In this document: positions 61,168-64,000 of the stretch, in pieces
Layout: each line of letters opens with the position of its first letter
Numbering within the stretch: position 1 is the stretch's first letter
DNA from: Zootoca vivipara
Taxonomy: Eukaryota
NCBI RefSeq assembly: GCF_963506605.1
Contig: NC_083277.1
Coordinates: forward strand, 20,708,001-20,772,000
Direction: 5' to 3'
Length of the DNA: 64,000 nt
Made by a program: the position numbers and the translations under genes
Notes under the pieces: generated by a model
What the model was told of the DNA's origin: nothing
Databases searched by the model: none
What the model saw: only the letters and a program-made list of their open reading frames with translations

Positions 61168-61303
61168 CAGGCATACCCAAACTGCGGCCCTCCAGATGTT
61201 TTGGTCTACAACTCCCATGATCCCTAGCTAACAGGACCAGTGGTCCGGGATGATAGGAATTGTAGTCTAAAACATCTGGAGGGCCAAAGTTTGGGGATGC
61301 CTG
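61168..61303. mobile_element. hAT-type MITE
   Basis: TIRs; TSD GTTTATGT. Confidence 0.85.
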
Positions 61304-61525
61304 GTTTATGTCTTACCATGATGTGTGAAGAGAGCCTCTTGACACGCTTCTTAAGAAAGTATGGCTGCAGATGAATTCGGCTTCCCTTCTTCCTCACAAT
61401 AACCCACCAGCTACTTGTGCTATCTTGAATAGGGTCTGCCTCTGATAATCCGATGGTGAAATAGCATCCCCTGTGAAGTGCTGCAGAAAAGCTAAAGTAA
61501 TCCACTGCCTTGCTGTGTCCTGCAG

Positions 61526-61653
61526 GGAGTCCGTGGTTTGTATAAAGGGATGGCGGCTCCGATTGTTGGTGTGACCCCCATGTTTGCTGTGTGTTTCTTT
61601 GGATTCGGCTTGGGGAAAAAACTCCAGCAGAGGACACCCAACGACGTTCTGAC
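61526..61653 (+). CDS. SLC25A20: SLC25A20 exon 3: [43 protein letters not shown]
   Basis: ctgcAG and GTGAGT boundaries, 128 bp. Confidence 0.95.
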
Positions 61654-62240
61654 GTGAGTGACTTCCGATAATCTAGCAACAGGCTGTCGAGGCATTCCAG
61701 GCTACTGTGACGTATAAAATTGCACATTCCGGCACTGCAGCCAAGAACTGTGTCATTTCCCCCCTCCCCGTTATAAATATACATAGGGGTGGTTTTTTTG
61801 CGAAATGAATAAATCTGGCAAGCTTTAAAGCTCCTGGAAGCGTGGGATTGATTGCACCGGCTGAAAACAGACACTGTGTGGGCTGCTGCAGCATAGTTTC
61901 CTTCCCAGGCAAAACTTGCATCTATTTAGGAAGGATTATATTTTAGATTAGTGTGGTGTGTGTTACATAATGGCAGGCTCGTAACACCTCCTCGTAATAG
62001 TGGGCCTGAACACATGAAATCCCATTTGTATGCCGAGACGACTGTTTCACTGAGCCTACACTTGGTGATGTACATAACCCGACCTTCCCACGATGTACAC
62101 ATCTTTCTGGTATGCCCTCAGTTCTCCAAATAGCTAAGTGCATCCGGATCCTGCTGGATTCCCAGAATTTGTCTCATACCTCAGCTCTTTGCAGACTTAC
62201 ATAAGAACAGCCCTGCTAAAGGCCAACCTGTTTCTAACCT

Positions 62241-62745
62241 GGATTAGTTACAACTAATCCGGAATGCGGCAGCTAGACTGGTGACTGGGAGCGGCCGCCA
62301 GAACCACATAACACCGGTCTTGAAAGATCTACATTGGCTCCCAGTAGGTTTCCGAGCACAATTCAAAGTGTTGGTGCTGACCTTTAAAGCCCTAAATGGC
62401 CTTGGTCCAGTATACCTGAAGGAGCATCTCCACCCCCATCGTTCAGCCCGGACACTAAGGTCCAGTGCCGAGAGCCTTCTGGCGGTTCCCTCGTTGCGAG
62501 AAGCCAAGTTGCAGGGAACCAGGCAGAGGGCCTTCTCGGTGGTGGCGCCTATCCTGTGGAACGTCCTCCCATCAGATGTCAAAGAGAAAAACAGCTACCA
62601 GATTTTTAGAAGACATCTGAAGGCAGCCCTATTTAGGGAGGCTTTTAATGTTTAATAGATTATTTTATGCCATTTTTCTGTTGTAAGCCGCCCAGAGTGG
62701 CTGGGGAAACCCAGCCAGATGGGCAGGGTATAAATAATAAATTAT
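62241..62745 (+). mobile_element. L2-clade LINE 3' fragment
   Basis: HITPVLKDLHWLPV...FKVLVLTFKALNGLGP...FRRHLKAALFREAF; AT-rich tail. Confidence 0.88.
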
Positions 62746-63169
62746 ATATATGTTTCCCACAGTGGTCTGTCACTTGACCATGGGAAACCCACAAGCAGGA
62801 TGTGAGGGCAGTTGCCCTCCTCTACAGTCGTTCCCCAATGACCGGTCTTCTGACACAGGATCCTTAGACCCTGGAGCTAATATCATGACTTGTAGCCATT
62901 GGTAAATTTTCTCCTCCATGAGTTTGTCCAATCCAGGGGTGGGGAACCTTTAGGGCCTGGTGGGCCAGATCTTTTATCTCCTCCTGCTTCTCATAGGCCA
63001 GTTTTGGCAGCTGGGTGCAGTTGCTCACCTACTAATCCTCTGGTGTCGTGATGATATCAGGTGATAGATAGGCAGGAGGTTCTAGCCTTCTGTCATAGTG
63101 GACTCAGAGGGCTGGGGAAAAGAGGTCTCCTTCGCCAGCACATTCCCTGTAGGACTGAACCCCACCCTA

Positions 63170-63171
<2 letters not shown>

Positions 63172-63228
<57 letters not shown>

Positions 63229-63373
63229 GTATTTATTTATGCCCTGCCCACCTGACTGAGTTTCCCCAGCCACTCTGGGCGGCTCCCAATCGAATATTAA
63301 AAACACAATGCAGCATCAAACATTAAAAACTTCCCTAAACAGGGCTGCCTTCAGATGTCTTCTAAAAGTAAGA
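63172..63373 (-). mobile_element. L2 3' end with a (TTA)n tail
   Basis: Reverse complement of the 62600-62745 terminus, followed by about 18 TAA units. Confidence 0.75.
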
Positions 63374-63375
63374 TG

Positions 63376-64000
63376 CCGTATTTTCCGCTCCATAGGGCGT
63401 AGCTGACCATAGGACGCACCTAGTTTTTAGAGGAGGAAAACAAGAATTTTTTTTTTTGCTTTCTTGAGTTGTCCTAGGCATAGCAGCCAACTCCTAGAGG
63501 CCTAGGTTCCTTTGCCCCCATTAAATATTTGAGGAAGCTTCTTTTTTTAGGATCAGCTCAAAGTTGTGCAGCTTTTTTTTTGCAAATGGGAAATGCCCCG
63601 TTTTTTTGGGGGGGGGGTCCAGCTCAGAGTTGTGCATCTTTTTTTGCAAAGGGGGAAAGCTCCATTTTTTAGGATCAGCTCAAAGTTGCTGAGTTTCCTT
63701 GCAAAGGGGAAAAAATCCTGTTTTTATGGGGTTCAACTCACAGTTCTGCAGCTTCTCTAGGAAAGGAAAGGGGCCCATTTCTACAGTTTCCAGACAGATA
63801 ATCTAATCAGCTGTCGCTGGGGAAACAAGCAGCCTCTCTCTGCAGACAACAATTGAGGCCTAGGCAAGGGGCCGGGAAGGGAGCTAGCTCTCTTATCTCC
63901 CTCCCTGATCTCTTGCAATCAGCTGCTGAGCGGGTTCCTTTCAATGGGCTCATTCCCTCTTGTTAGCTTTTAGCTCTTTCTTGAAAAAAAAAAGCTTGAT
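63376..64000. mobile_element. Left part of another pogo/Tc2-like non-autonomous element with ~60-bp internal repeats
   Basis: Terminus CCGTATTTTCCGCTCCATAGG; repeated GGATCAGCTCAAAGTTG; other end not visible. Confidence 0.55.

Overview
Vertebrate genomic DNA, almost certainly from a squamate reptile and probably a lacertid-type lizard (inferred from Sauria SINEs, BovB/RTE, CR1, L2 and hAT/Tc1-mariner MITEs). It is the conserved SLC25A20-ARIH2-P4HTM block. It holds P4HTM exons 1-2 (- strand, continuing off the left edge), the complete ARIH2 coding sequence (14 coding exons, 490 aa, - strand, CpG-island promoter near 43.0-43.4 kb) and SLC25A20 exons 1-3 (+ strand, continuing off the right edge). 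The most notable observation is an intact terminal exon of an sFRP-family gene, most likely sizzled, at 314-630 (+), nested antisense inside P4HTM intron 2. Other points of interest are a GC-AG intron in P4HTM, a Penelope-type hammerhead ribozyme core, a composite non-autonomous Helitron, a pogo/Tc2-like element carrying an in-frame 123-bp minisatellite, and several nested transposon insertions with readable target-site duplications (TSDs). Most ORFs in the six-frame track are spurious. Homology calls come from recalled protein and repeat sequences; no database search was run.
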